NCBI GenBank assembly: GCA_029262295.1
Contig: JAJCZR010000050.1
Location: 8,411-72,410, forward strand
Direction of reading: 5' to 3'
Length of the DNA: 64,000 nt
From: Deltaproteobacteria bacterium
GTDB lineage: Bacteria > Desulfobacterota_D > UBA1144 > Nemesobacterales > Nemesobacteraceae
The position numbers were made by a program, and so were the translations under genes. Below are positions 28,121 to 37,624 of this stretch, piece by piece. The notes below the pieces were generated by a model. That model saw only the letters and a program-made list of their open reading frames with translations, had not been told where the DNA came from and searched no databases. The number at the start of each line of letters is the position of its first letter. Within the stretch, counting starts at the first letter, position 1.

Positions 28121-30103
28121 TTAGTTATCTCCTTTATTATTATTTTTTTTAAGCATTTTATCTTTCTCTGTGTATAGCATTACAGTCCATACATATGCAG
28201 AATGACTCCATGTAAGAGGCGAAACACAAAGAGGCGATCCATTTACTGGATGTACCTGCTCTGCGAGCACCCCGGAAGGTAATGCATTTTTTCCACACCA
28301 TTCCAGATATGGAAGTGTTGCTTGAAGCTGCTCATGATTCTCTGCATGATCTATATAATATTCTGCAAGCCATAAAGTTGAAATGAACCATGGATTTCCA
28401 GGAATATCATTTGGGCTGTCTTCTGCACGCTGATATAAATCTCCCTCGTATCTAGCACAGCCTTCAACAGGCGTTTTAAGCCAAAGTTGCTCACGAACAG
28501 CTTCTGCAGTAGAAATCATTCGTGGATCTCTTGGGTCTAAAATTCCAAGAGTTGTTAAACTCAAAAGGCTAATATCAATTACTTTATCAAGCTCATAACC
28601 ACCTTCTATTCTGGAACCTGATCGAGCAAACCGTTTTAACTTGTCATCGTATAGATGATTATTAATTTCAGCAGTCATCTCATTAGCAACGGAATTATAT
28701 TTTTCTGCAAGTGAATAATCCAGAAAGAGATTCGCAAAATTTGCCGCAGCTCTAAGACCAGCAATTACAGATGCAACCGTATAGGTGTGTAGGGCGTAAC
28801 GTTCTTCCCAAAGATCGTATGAAGGTAATGGTAAATGAGTTTGAGGATCACGGTAATCTACTAAGAAGTCAGCCGCTTTTTTTATTAGCTTACTGTAAAG
28901 AGGCCTAATAAATTCTACATCATGCAGGCTCTGGTAATATATCCAAAGCGCCCAAAGAGTCAGAGCCGTTGAATCTTCCTGGATGGGAAGCACTTCTTTT
29001 CCCTCAACCAACCAGGAATGCCAATTACTTGCAAGGGAGCCGTCAGGATTATAATGTTGGAATAAATAACCTTCTTTGGATAAAACGCGGGCACAAAAGT
29101 CAAAATATTTCATACACGCATGCGAGTAACCTGCCTTTGATAAAGCGGCGGCAACAAAAGCGCCGTCTCTTCCCCACATATAGGAATAAGTATCTTTTCC
29201 AAATCGGATAATATCAGAATCATTGGCGGCAATAATAGCACCATTGTTATCAATTTGTGTCCTTAGTATTAGAAGGCTTCGACTAAAAATATCTGTAACA
29301 GATTTAGGCAGTTCTTCCAGCTGTAATGATTCTTTATGAATCCATGTTTGCCAATATTTTGATGAACGTTTCAGGAGATTTTCAGGTGTTATTTTATGTA
29401 CTTCTAAATTTATATTTGCAACTTCAGAATATGACATCCCAGCTGCTATCCAATAATAAGCATTTGCTTTACCTTTGGCGGGTAGTTCCATCCAAATGCT
29501 AACACTGGAATGAGGAGTTCCCCATGCTGAGGCTTCGCCGTTTAATTCCCCATTTTCATTCTCTTTAAAAGTATCTAATTCCCCTGATGCCTTTCTTCTG
29601 CCACATCCAAAATGTTTAACACCCCATTCATCATTAGCCCGGTAACTGATAAGAAAATACCTGTTTATTTTGTAATGGATTATCGAACAACTTCTAGGAT
29701 CAAAATAAGCTGTCCCTCCTATCTCATTACCATAAAGATTGAATTCGTGGCTGAAAAAAAGCCGTATCTGACGGTGTTTGTTTGTAAGGTTATTTACTTC
29801 AATTTTCTTTATGTAGATATTCATGTCTAAATCTACTACATCCGAACATTTGAGCTCCAACTCTAAAGTTTCGTTTTTTAAAAAAACATCGGTCACAAGA
29901 CTATTATTGTGATATCGTAAATCTTTTTTCCATTCAGGCCCCATCCATGAATATTGTCCATCAACCCATACCCCAAATTGAAAAGGATGTCCGTTTGAAT
30001 GGTTTTCCTGCCCGATATAGGGGAAATAGATGTCTCTGATTTGGTAATCAGAATCAAAATTTAAAAGAAATGATCCGTTACTTACGGGGAGGTCTTTTGG
30101 CAT
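28121..30103 (-). CDS. glycoside hydrolase family 15 protein (glucoamylase / glucodextranase / trehalase-like)
   Basis: It has an N-terminal beta-sandwich plus a C-terminal (alpha/alpha)6 barrel. The motifs YMWGRDGAFVAAALSKAGY, PSYDLWEER and GNPWFISTLWLAEYY are typical of GH15. Confidence 0.8.
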   Translation of the reverse strand: MPKDLPVSNGSFLLNFDSDYQIRDIYFPYIGQENHSNGHPFQFGVWVDGQYSWMGPEWKKDLRYHNNSLVTDVFLKNETLELELKCSDVVDLDMNIYIKKIEVNNLTNKHRQIRLFFSHEFNLYGNEIGGTAYFDPRSCSIIHYKINRYFLISYRANDEWGVKHFGCGRRKASGELDTFKENENGELNGEASAWGTPHSSVSIWMELPAKGKANAYYWIAAGMSYSEVANINLEVHKITPENLLKRSSKYWQTWIHKESLQLEELPKSVTDIFSRSLLILRTQIDNNGAIIAANDSDIIRFGKDTYSYMWGRDGAFVAAALSKAGYSHACMKYFDFCARVLSKEGYLFQHYNPDGSLASNWHSWLVEGKEVLPIQEDSTALTLWALWIYYQSLHDVEFIRPLYSKLIKKAADFLVDYRDPQTHLPLPSYDLWEERYALHTYTVASVIAGLRAAANFANLFLDYSLAEKYNSVANEMTAEINNHLYDDKLKRFARSGSRIEGGYELDKVIDISLLSLTTLGILDPRDPRMISTAEAVREQLWLKTPVEGCARYEGDLYQRAEDSPNDIPGNPWFISTLWLAEYYIDHAENHEQLQATLPYLEWCGKNALPSGVLAEQVHPVNGSPLCVSPLTWSHSAYVWTVMLYTEKDKMLKKNNNKGDN

Positions 30104-30105
30104 AC

Positions 30106-31257
30106 TTAATTATCCTCAAGAATAGATTGATAAAGTTTTAGATATTTACTTGCCATGCTTGAAATAGAAAAATTATCTTTAATGTGTTTACGGCAGTCAT
30201 CAGGGTTAATCTGATGGATTTTATCTACAGCACTGACCATATTATCAACTGTATCAACAACAAATCCTGTTTTACCATCAACAATAATTTCAAGGACTGA
30301 ACCTTTGTTTAATGCCAATACCGGTGTGCCACAAGCCATAGATTCAATAAGCACAAGTCCAAAAGGTTCTCCCCATTGAATAGGAAAGAGCGTTGCTTTA
30401 GCATGTTGATACCAGAGTTTTTTTTGAGTACTGTCAATTTCACCTATGTAAGTAATCTGATTGTCTAAATCTATTATAGGTTTCATTACTTCTTCATAAT
30501 ATTTACTACCTGCAAAGGGTTTATTTGCATTAACAACATGGTCGAATGATTTTTCCAATGTCCTAAAAAAAGCCCGGTCTTTTGCTTTGTTTTGAACATT
30601 TCCGGCAATTACAAGTCTGGAGCCGGATTTTTTTGCAACCTCGATGGCCTTATCCTGCCCTTTATCAGGTGTGATTCGTCCGATTGAAAACATGTAGTCA
30701 TGTTTTTTAGAGGTACTACTGAATGGATAATCTTCCACGTCAACACCGTGATGAATAACATTCTGCATATTTACTAATCCATGATGCTGTTTTTTTTGAT
30801 ATTCACTAATCGGTACAAAATATACATTGGATGTAGGAATAAAAGATTCATTCCACCGGTCAAATGCAACTTTTTCAGCAGCGGGCACATGTAGTGTCAT
30901 AACAATGGGAACAGGACTTTTAAAAACTCCCTTAAAAATGTATTCCACCATGATAGCATCATGCATATGGATGATATCAATATCCCCTTTTTTTGCCCTT
31001 TCTAGTGATAGTACAAGATGTTTGCGCATATTCTCGCGCTGTATTGCTGTATTCTTACTCCAATATTCACTGAAACTTTTTTCAATAGTTGTATATTGTT
31101 CTCCAACGACACATGAATCACCGGAGCATGCAACAATCGAATGATGACCTAATTTATGAAGTCCTTTGTCAATATTATAAATAACCGTTTCGATTGGACC
31201 GTAGCCTAAATTTTGTTTTATAGGTCGATTTAGAGTAGCTATATGAAGAACATTCAT
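30106..31257 (-). CDS. glycosyltransferase family 4 (GT-B), co-transcribed with GH15 hydrolase
   Basis: It carries the GT4 C-terminal signature FPIQWGEPFGLVLIESMACGTPVLALNKGSVLEIIVDGKTGFVV. It lies 2 nt upstream of the GH15 gene on the same strand. Confidence 0.78.
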   Translation of the reverse strand: MNVLHIATLNRPIKQNLGYGPIETVIYNIDKGLHKLGHHSIVACSGDSCVVGEQYTTIEKSFSEYWSKNTAIQRENMRKHLVLSLERAKKGDIDIIHMHDAIMVEYIFKGVFKSPVPIVMTLHVPAAEKVAFDRWNESFIPTSNVYFVPISEYQKKQHHGLVNMQNVIHHGVDVEDYPFSSTSKKHDYMFSIGRITPDKGQDKAIEVAKKSGSRLVIAGNVQNKAKDRAFFRTLEKSFDHVVNANKPFAGSKYYEEVMKPIIDLDNQITYIGEIDSTQKKLWYQHAKATLFPIQWGEPFGLVLIESMACGTPVLALNKGSVLEIIVDGKTGFVVDTVDNMVSAVDKIHQINPDDCRKHIKDNFSISSMASKYLKLYQSILEDN

Positions 31258-31635
31258 TTTTCTCTCATTCTCTTATGATAAATTCAAATAATATTAACAT
31301 TTTATCTCCCAGTTTATCTCAAAATAATCAGGAGAGTTATTTGATGTTTTTTAGAAGATACAATACTTCTAAATAGAAAGTGATACTGGCAGACTGCCAA
31401 GACAAAAGAGACTAATAATCAGTCGTTGGTAGGATTTCTATCTATGATGATCAGAATATATAATAACTTTATATCAGTATTAATACTATAAAAATTAATG
31501 GAGTTAAGATAAAGCTAAACTGATGTACAAATTGCCTAAATTGTACAGATAAGTTTTTAGGATGAAAGTGTAATTATTCAGGTTGGAATTTTTAGAATAA
31601 TTTTTTGTTAGAAGGTAATATCTTGATTTGAAATT

Positions 31636-32475
31636 ATGAAAAAATCGCAAATTTTAAGACAACTCTTAAGTGAAGATAATATTCTAATAGTGCCGGGAGT
31701 GTATGACTGCCTGAGTGCTATGATCGCAGAAAAAACAGGTTTTGAGACACTTTTTACAAGTGGTTTTGGTATTGCAGCTTCGGCTTTTGGCAAGCCAGAT
31801 TATGGAATAGTTTCATCTTCTGAAATGATTACCTCAATTTGCAGAATTAGCGATTCCATTAACATTCCACTCGTTGCTGATATTGATAATGGCTATGGCA
31901 ACTATTTGAATGTAATAAGGGCCGTAGAGCAGTTAATGAGACATGATGTGGCAGGAGTGATCCTTGAAGATCAGAAGTGGCCTAAGAGATGTGGCCATAT
32001 GGAAGGAAAAATGGTTATTGATGCAGATGAGCATGTTGAGAAAATAAAAGCAGCAAGATCTGTTGATAATGACCTTGTTATAGTAGCCAGAACAGATTCA
32101 AGGGCAGTCCTGGGATTAAGGGAGGCAATAAAAAGAGGTGAGAAATATCTTGAAGCCGGAGCTGACATTCTTTTTATTGAGGCACCGGAATCCAAAAATG
32201 AATTAGAGGAAATTGCCAGCTGTTTTAAACAAAATTATCTATTCGCAAATATGGTTGAGGGCGGGAAAACCCCTGTTCTGAGTTCAGATGAACTTAAAGA
32301 ATTAGGCTATAAAATAGTAGTTTTTCCACTTACCGGACTTTTCTCAACTGCTTTTGCTTTAAAAAACAGTTTTGAATATTTGAAGAATAATGGTTTTTCA
32401 TTAGGTTTTGATGATAAAATTAGTTTCAAAGACTTTGAGAGTATAATTAATCTTGAAAATTATAAAGGCTTTTAA
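31636..32475 (+). CDS. isocitrate lyase / PEP mutase superfamily protein (methylisocitrate lyase / oxaloacetate decarboxylase-like, not a true PEP mutase)
   Basis: Motifs are VPGVYDCLSAMIAEKTGFETLFTSGFG, DIDNGYG and ILEDQKWPKRCGHMEGK. The K-R-C-G-H signature matches PrpB/ICL. The PepM-specific EDKx5NS motif is absent. Confidence 0.7.
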   Translation: MKKSQILRQLLSEDNILIVPGVYDCLSAMIAEKTGFETLFTSGFGIAASAFGKPDYGIVSSSEMITSICRISDSINIPLVADIDNGYGNYLNVIRAVEQLMRHDVAGVILEDQKWPKRCGHMEGKMVIDADEHVEKIKAARSVDNDLVIVARTDSRAVLGLREAIKRGEKYLEAGADILFIEAPESKNELEEIASCFKQNYLFANMVEGGKTPVLSSDELKELGYKIVVFPLTGLFSTAFALKNSFEYLKNNGFSLGFDDKISFKDFESIINLENYKGF

Positions 32476-32536
32476 ACTAATAAATCAAAGTGTAGTTAGA
32501 TTAGTATTTTTGATTTATAGAGGGGAGTAGAATTAA

Positions 32537-33301
32537 ATGATTTTTAAAATACTTGGCTGCTCTGGTGGAAAGTATAGAAATTTTGGACCTACTGCATTTC
32601 AGTTGGATGACAAGGTCCTGATAGATGTTGGAACTGTCATGAGAAAACTGGATATGAGGGATATTCGTGCCCTTGACTCTCTTCTTTTAACACATATGCA
32701 TTTTGACCATATTGCCGACCTACCCTTTTTACTTCAATCAATAATTGAAGAAAAAGATGGAAATTTTACTGTTTATAGTTCGAAAGAGACAAAGACCGCA
32801 ATTTTTACCCATATATTTAATTTTAGTATCTGGCCTGACCTGTTTCAAATTTCAGATAAGCTTGAATGGAAAGTTTTTAATCACCTTGAAGCTTTCAATG
32901 TTTCTGGCTACGAAATTATTTCAATTCCTGTAAATCACACAGTCCCTACTAATGGGTTTATCTTTGATGATGGAGACTCATCTTTGGGTTTTACTGCAGA
33001 CACATACATTACTGATCAGTTTTGGGAAGAGTGTAACAAGAAGAAAAATCTAAAAGCACTTATTATTGATGTGAGTTTTCCAACTGGTTATGAAGACAGG
33101 GCAAAACTCACTAAACACCTCACTGTTGAACTATTGCTCCAGGAATTAAAGAAGCTTGAAAAAGATAACCTTGAAATTTATGTAACCCACATAAAACCAT
33201 CTGACAGGGCTAAAGTTATTAAGAATATAAAAGATATTGAAAAGCAGGGCATAAGAGAAAAGATCACAGTTCTTGAAGAAGGAATGATAATAAGGGTTTA
33301 G
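32537..33301 (+). CDS. metallo-beta-lactamase-fold hydrolase resembling class II 3',5'-cyclic-nucleotide phosphodiesterase
   Basis: It has the HMHFDHIADLP motif (H-x-H-x-D-H signature of class II cAMP PDE). The length is 254 aa. Confidence 0.55.
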   Translation: MIFKILGCSGGKYRNFGPTAFQLDDKVLIDVGTVMRKLDMRDIRALDSLLLTHMHFDHIADLPFLLQSIIEEKDGNFTVYSSKETKTAIFTHIFNFSIWPDLFQISDKLEWKVFNHLEAFNVSGYEIISIPVNHTVPTNGFIFDDGDSSLGFTADTYITDQFWEECNKKKNLKALIIDVSFPTGYEDRAKLTKHLTVELLLQELKKLEKDNLEIYVTHIKPSDRAKVIKNIKDIEKQGIREKITVLEEGMIIRV

Positions 33302-33304
33302 TTT

Positions 33305-34357
33305 TCAAACGGGGTTTGCAAGCGACTCAAGCTTTTTCACCTGATTCACATCACCTATCACAACAAGTGTATTGCCTGCATTTAGCTGTTCGTCAGGGCC
33401 AGGATTATATATGAAGTTATTTTTCTCAGGCTCAAAAACTGCTACTACAACTAAACCCGTGTCTTTAAAAATATCTGATTCAGCCACTTTTTTCCCAACA
33501 TATTTGGATTTTTCGGAAAGATAAACCTCCGAGATCCTTTTAGTACTGGAATCCTTGAGCATAACATCAAGAAATGAAACAACCGTTGGTCTTATAACTT
33601 CAGATACCATTCGGAATGCACCTATTTGTTCTGAAAACACCACATTGTTCACCCCGGCTTTTAAAAACTTTTCCCGGCTTTTTTTATCAAGCGCGTGTGA
33701 GATAATTCTCATTTGTTTGTTTAAAGGCCTTGCAGTTAATGCCAGAAACACATTGTCTTTATCACTTGGAAGGTTACAGATAAGCCCGACTGCATTTTCA
33801 ATTCCTGCGTTTAGCAAAGTGGCTTCTTCTGTTGAATCACCCTTAATAAATAATATCTCATTCTCACCACATGAACTTATAAGGTTATCAAGTTCCTCCT
33901 GGATTTCACTTACCACCACAAAGCTCTTTTCAGTTTTAATAAACTCATCAATTATTGTTAACCCTGTTTTTGCAATCCCGCAGAGGATGTAATGGTTATT
34001 TAATGATTCAATTTTTTTTAACATCTCTTTTTCCTTTTTAGACCCGCTTAATGTGCCTTCTACAAGGTTCGCAATCAGGCTTGAAAAAGCCCAAAGAACT
34101 ATTCCATAGCCAATGAGTATATATAATACCGTAAAAACAATTCCTATTGAATGCCCTGGTTCGCTAAGATTTAGTAGTTCCAGGTTGTCCCCATAACCAA
34201 CAGTGGTAAGTGTGATTACAGCAAAATAAAGCGCATCAAGAATATTTGAATCAACTTGTCCGTCTGAGAAAGTAATTTTTATTATATGAAATCCCACGGT
34301 TCCGATTATCAAAACCAAAAGGATATAGGCAATAGGATTTATTATTTTTTTATTCAA
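33305..34357 (-). CDS. potassium channel protein with two cytoplasmic TrkA/RCK domains
   Basis: Two N-terminal TM helices flank a pore loop TLTTVGYGD (K+ selectivity filter), followed by two RCK/TrkA-N-like domains. Confidence 0.82.
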   Translation of the reverse strand: MNKKIINPIAYILLVLIIGTVGFHIIKITFSDGQVDSNILDALYFAVITLTTVGYGDNLELLNLSEPGHSIGIVFTVLYILIGYGIVLWAFSSLIANLVEGTLSGSKKEKEMLKKIESLNNHYILCGIAKTGLTIIDEFIKTEKSFVVVSEIQEELDNLISSCGENEILFIKGDSTEEATLLNAGIENAVGLICNLPSDKDNVFLALTARPLNKQMRIISHALDKKSREKFLKAGVNNVVFSEQIGAFRMVSEVIRPTVVSFLDVMLKDSSTKRISEVYLSEKSKYVGKKVAESDIFKDTGLVVVAVFEPEKNNFIYNPGPDEQLNAGNTLVVIGDVNQVKKLESLANPV

Positions 34358-34358
34358 T

Positions 34359-35198
34359 TTAACTTTCCGCTTTATCCCTTAATTCTTTTAAAACTTGTAT
34401 ATCTTCTTTCACTCCTTCAGGTGGAGTTTCAACAATCATATCAAATTTATTCAGTTGCTTATTATTAATTATTGAGCGAAACCCGCCTTCGCCAATTTTT
34501 CCTTTTCCTATATGTTCATGCCTGTCTTTCCCGGAATTAAAATCCACTTTTGAATCATTTCCATGGATCAACTTTATTTTATCAAATGTAACTGTATTTT
34601 TAATTATATTTTCAAGGTCTTTAATATCTTTATCTGTTCTTAGATCATACCCTGAAGCAAACATATGGGCAGTGTCAATGCAAACCCCGATTTTCTTTGA
34701 TTCTGCCTTATTAAGTATCTCAGCAATCTCCTCAAAGGTAATACCAATTGTGTGACCCTGACCCGCCGTATTTTCAAGCAAAAGCTCCGTGTGGCCATCA
34801 TAAGCATCGAGTACCCTGTTTAATGAATCTACAACATTCTCTATAGCATCACTTCTTTTCATATCTTTTGAACTTCCGATATGTGTCATCATGGATTTTA
34901 CTTTGAGCAGGCTTGATCTGCTGAGCTCTTCCCTTACAAGGTTTATACTATTCTCACGTAACTCAGACTTATGGGAAGCAAGATTTATAAAATACGGAGT
35001 ATGTACATAGTAGTTCGTTAGTGAAGCATGTTTACAATTTTCAAAAAATTTTTCAACTATCTCATCTTTTAACTCCGGGGGTTTGCCACCTCTTGGGGAT
35101 CTTGTGAACATCTGAAAGCACTCACAACCCAAATTAATAGCTCTTTCAGGTGCATTGTATATACCACCCGCAATTGAAACATGGGCTCCAAAATTCAT
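34359..35198 (-). CDS. nfo: deoxyribonuclease IV (endonuclease IV, AP endonuclease family 2)
   Basis: The N-terminus is MNFGAHVSIAGGIYNAPERA, followed by HTPYFINLAS and the Zn ligands in CIDTAHMFASGYD. The length is 279 aa. Confidence 0.9.
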   Translation of the reverse strand: MNFGAHVSIAGGIYNAPERAINLGCECFQMFTRSPRGGKPPELKDEIVEKFFENCKHASLTNYYVHTPYFINLASHKSELRENSINLVREELSRSSLLKVKSMMTHIGSSKDMKRSDAIENVVDSLNRVLDAYDGHTELLLENTAGQGHTIGITFEEIAEILNKAESKKIGVCIDTAHMFASGYDLRTDKDIKDLENIIKNTVTFDKIKLIHGNDSKVDFNSGKDRHEHIGKGKIGEGGFRSIINNKQLNKFDMIVETPPEGVKEDIQVLKELRDKAES

Positions 35199-35822
35199 AT
35201 TAATATTTCCTTAATTGACAAAAATTTATATAAGTATAATTTAATTCCAAACTTTCCAGGAGAAATAAAAATGGTACCTACAAAAGCGTTTATAACAAAA
35301 GGTGTTGGAAAACATAAAGAGAAGCTTACAAGTTTTGAAATGGCACTTAGAAATGCCGGAATTGCCCAGTTTAACCTTGTTAAAGTTTCAAGTATATTCC
35401 CTCCAAATTGCAAGCTAGTATCACGAAAGGAAGGTTTGGAAAATCTTTCACCCGGACAGATTGTATTTGTGGTAATGAGCGAGAATGCCACAGATGAACC
35501 TAATCGTTTAATAGCAGCTTCATGTGGCTTAGCACTGCCTAAAGAAAAGGAAAGATACGGTTACATCTCAGAGCATCACAGTTTCGGACAAAAAGAAAAG
35601 GTAGCTGGTGAATATGCTGAAGACCTTGCTGCATATATGTTGGCCACAACTTTGGGTGCACCTTTTGATCCAGATAAAAGCTATGACGAACAAAAAGATA
35701 TATGGCAGATAAGCGGACATCAGGTTAAAACAAGAAATATCACACAAACTGCTGTTGGTAATAAAAATGGTGTCTGGACAACGGTTGTCACATCTGTAGT
35801 TTTTGCTTCATATAAGCCGTGA
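35181..35822 (+). CDS. pdaD: pyruvoyl-dependent arginine decarboxylase (likely true start at MVPTKA, ~35271)
   Basis: The self-cleavage site region FNLVKVSSIFPP (Ser-Ser) matches PdaD/AaxB. The protein is ~184 aa from the internal Met. The annotated upstream extension overlaps nfo on the opposite strand. Confidence 0.75.
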   Translation: MGSKIHINISLIDKNLYKYNLIPNFPGEIKMVPTKAFITKGVGKHKEKLTSFEMALRNAGIAQFNLVKVSSIFPPNCKLVSRKEGLENLSPGQIVFVVMSENATDEPNRLIAASCGLALPKEKERYGYISEHHSFGQKEKVAGEYAEDLAAYMLATTLGAPFDPDKSYDEQKDIWQISGHQVKTRNITQTAVGNKNGVWTTVVTSVVFASYKP

Positions 35823-35824
35823 CA

Positions 35825-37486
35825 CTAATGCTTTCCTGAAATTAATTCTTTTGCCACTTGCAAAGTGTTTTTCGAAATATTTTTTCCGGCAAGCATCCTT
35901 CCTATTTCATGTATCCTTCCATTATCATCAAGATCATCTATAAACACCTCAGTCTTGTTGTCCTCAATCACTTTATTTACAACAAGATGGTGGTCTGCAA
36001 ATTTAGCAACCTGTGGGAGATGTGTGATACAAATCACCTGGTTAAGTGTTGAAAGGCTTTTAATTTTAATCCCAATTGTTTCTGCCACTGCCCCGCCTAT
36101 TCCTGTGTCTGCTTCATCAAAAATAAGTATAGATCCCTTACTGTTGCTTGAAACAAAACCCTTTAATATTAGCATTATCCTTGAAAGTTCACCACCTGAG
36201 GCCACTTTTGCAAGTGGTTTGGGGCTTTGATCCGGGTTTGCTGAAAAAAGAAAATTAATGTTGTCTTTACCATCCGGTGATAAATCTTTAGTGCTAAATT
36301 CAATTTCTAGAAATGCCCCTTTGAGGCCAACTGATTCTACTTCATCCCGAAACATTTTTTTTAATTTCAGGGAGCTGCTTTTTCTTTTTTCTGAAAGCTT
36401 TAATGCAAGCCCATGTGTATTATTTTCGACTGATTCAATTTGCTTTTGAAGCTTATTAAGAATTTCTTCATGATTTTCAAAATTGGAGAGTTCTTTTTCT
36501 ATATCATCTTGTTTTTTTATTACTTCGTCTACTGAACTCCCATACTTCTTTTTTAACCGTCCGATATCGTTTAGCCTTGAGATCACAGTTTCAAGCCTCT
36601 GTGGATCATGTTTAACCTTATCAAGAAACTCCCTTACTTCATAAGAAATATCTTCTATTTCAATCAAAATTGGATCAAGTCTTTTATCTATCTCGTCAAT
36701 TTTTTTATCTAAACCGGTAATTTGCGAAATGCTGTTTAAAGCCTGTTTAAGACTAGCAAATGCCGAACCTTCTGCGTCATAAAGAAGCCTGTATGAAGTT
36801 CTAAGCGAAGAAGAAAAATTCTCGGAATTACTAAGAATAATTCTTTCTTTTTCAAGCTCTTCATCTTCACCTGGCTTTAGATTTGCGGTTTTTATTTCCT
36901 TTAGCTGAAATTTTAAAAAATCCTGCCTTTCAGATTTATCCAGGTCTAAAGCACTTAATTCTTCATACTCTTTTTTAAGTTGCGTTAATTTTTTAAATGA
37001 TTCTTTATAATTTAATAGTTCATGCATTACTTGAGAAAAATTATCTAAATAACTTAAATGATTGTTTTTTCTCAAAAGGTTTTGGTGCTCATGTTGTCCA
37101 AACACATTCACAAGCCCATCTGTTATCTTTTGAAGTACACTCAGCTTACAAATTGAATTATTAATATAGGTTTTATTTCTTCCACTCAGGTTTACTACTC
37201 TTTTTATAATAAGCTCGCCGCCGGGGCTCTCAAAACCAAGATCTTCCATTAAAGAGTTTATTTCAAGCTCTTTTGGTATCTCAAAAAGGGCTTCAATAGT
37301 TGATTCTTTCTCGCCTGTTCTGATATAATCAGTGTTGAATTTATCACCCATAATAATATTAATGGCATCAATGATAATGGATTTACCTGTGCCGGTTTCG
37401 CCAGTGATTATATTAAGTCCACTTTCGAAGTTGATCGAAAGGGCATCAATTATTGCAAAATTTGTAAGTTTTAGCTCTAAAAGCAT
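35825..37486 (-). CDS. recN: DNA repair protein RecN
   Basis: It has an N-terminal Walker A GETGTGKS, a long coiled coil and a C-terminal SMC signature ASGGELSRIMLIL with Walker B ILIFDEAD. Confidence 0.92.
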   Translation of the reverse strand: MLLELKLTNFAIIDALSINFESGLNIITGETGTGKSIIIDAINIIMGDKFNTDYIRTGEKESTIEALFEIPKELEINSLMEDLGFESPGGELIIKRVVNLSGRNKTYINNSICKLSVLQKITDGLVNVFGQHEHQNLLRKNNHLSYLDNFSQVMHELLNYKESFKKLTQLKKEYEELSALDLDKSERQDFLKFQLKEIKTANLKPGEDEELEKERIILSNSENFSSSLRTSYRLLYDAEGSAFASLKQALNSISQITGLDKKIDEIDKRLDPILIEIEDISYEVREFLDKVKHDPQRLETVISRLNDIGRLKKKYGSSVDEVIKKQDDIEKELSNFENHEEILNKLQKQIESVENNTHGLALKLSEKRKSSSLKLKKMFRDEVESVGLKGAFLEIEFSTKDLSPDGKDNINFLFSANPDQSPKPLAKVASGGELSRIMLILKGFVSSNSKGSILIFDEADTGIGGAVAETIGIKIKSLSTLNQVICITHLPQVAKFADHHLVVNKVIEDNKTEVFIDDLDDNGRIHEIGRMLAGKNISKNTLQVAKELISGKH

Positions 37487-37624
37487 TAGTTATATTTAAG
37501 AAAGCCTTTCAGAAAGAGACTCCTTTGAATTTTTATTATCTATTAGGAGATACTTTGTTATTTATTCCAAAATGGGTTTTGGTTCTAAAACTTAATTTTC
37601 TCATAAACTATCATCATACAGAAA

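Noticed and set aside
31636-32475. Possible PEP mutase, which would indicate phosphonate natural-product biosynthesis
   Set aside because: The active-site segment reads EDQKWPKRCGH. That is the K-R-C-G-H signature of methylisocitrate lyase or ICL-type members. It lacks the PepM-diagnostic EDKx5NS motif. No phosphonopyruvate decarboxylase or other phosphonate genes follow. I therefore treat it as a generic ICL/PEPM superfamily enzyme.
37487-37624. Possible intrinsic terminator between proA and recN
   Set aside because: The only palindromes are short (CTTTC-T-GAAAG, a 5 bp stem with a 1 nt loop) and are not followed by a T-tract on the transcribed strand. That is insufficient for a confident terminator call.
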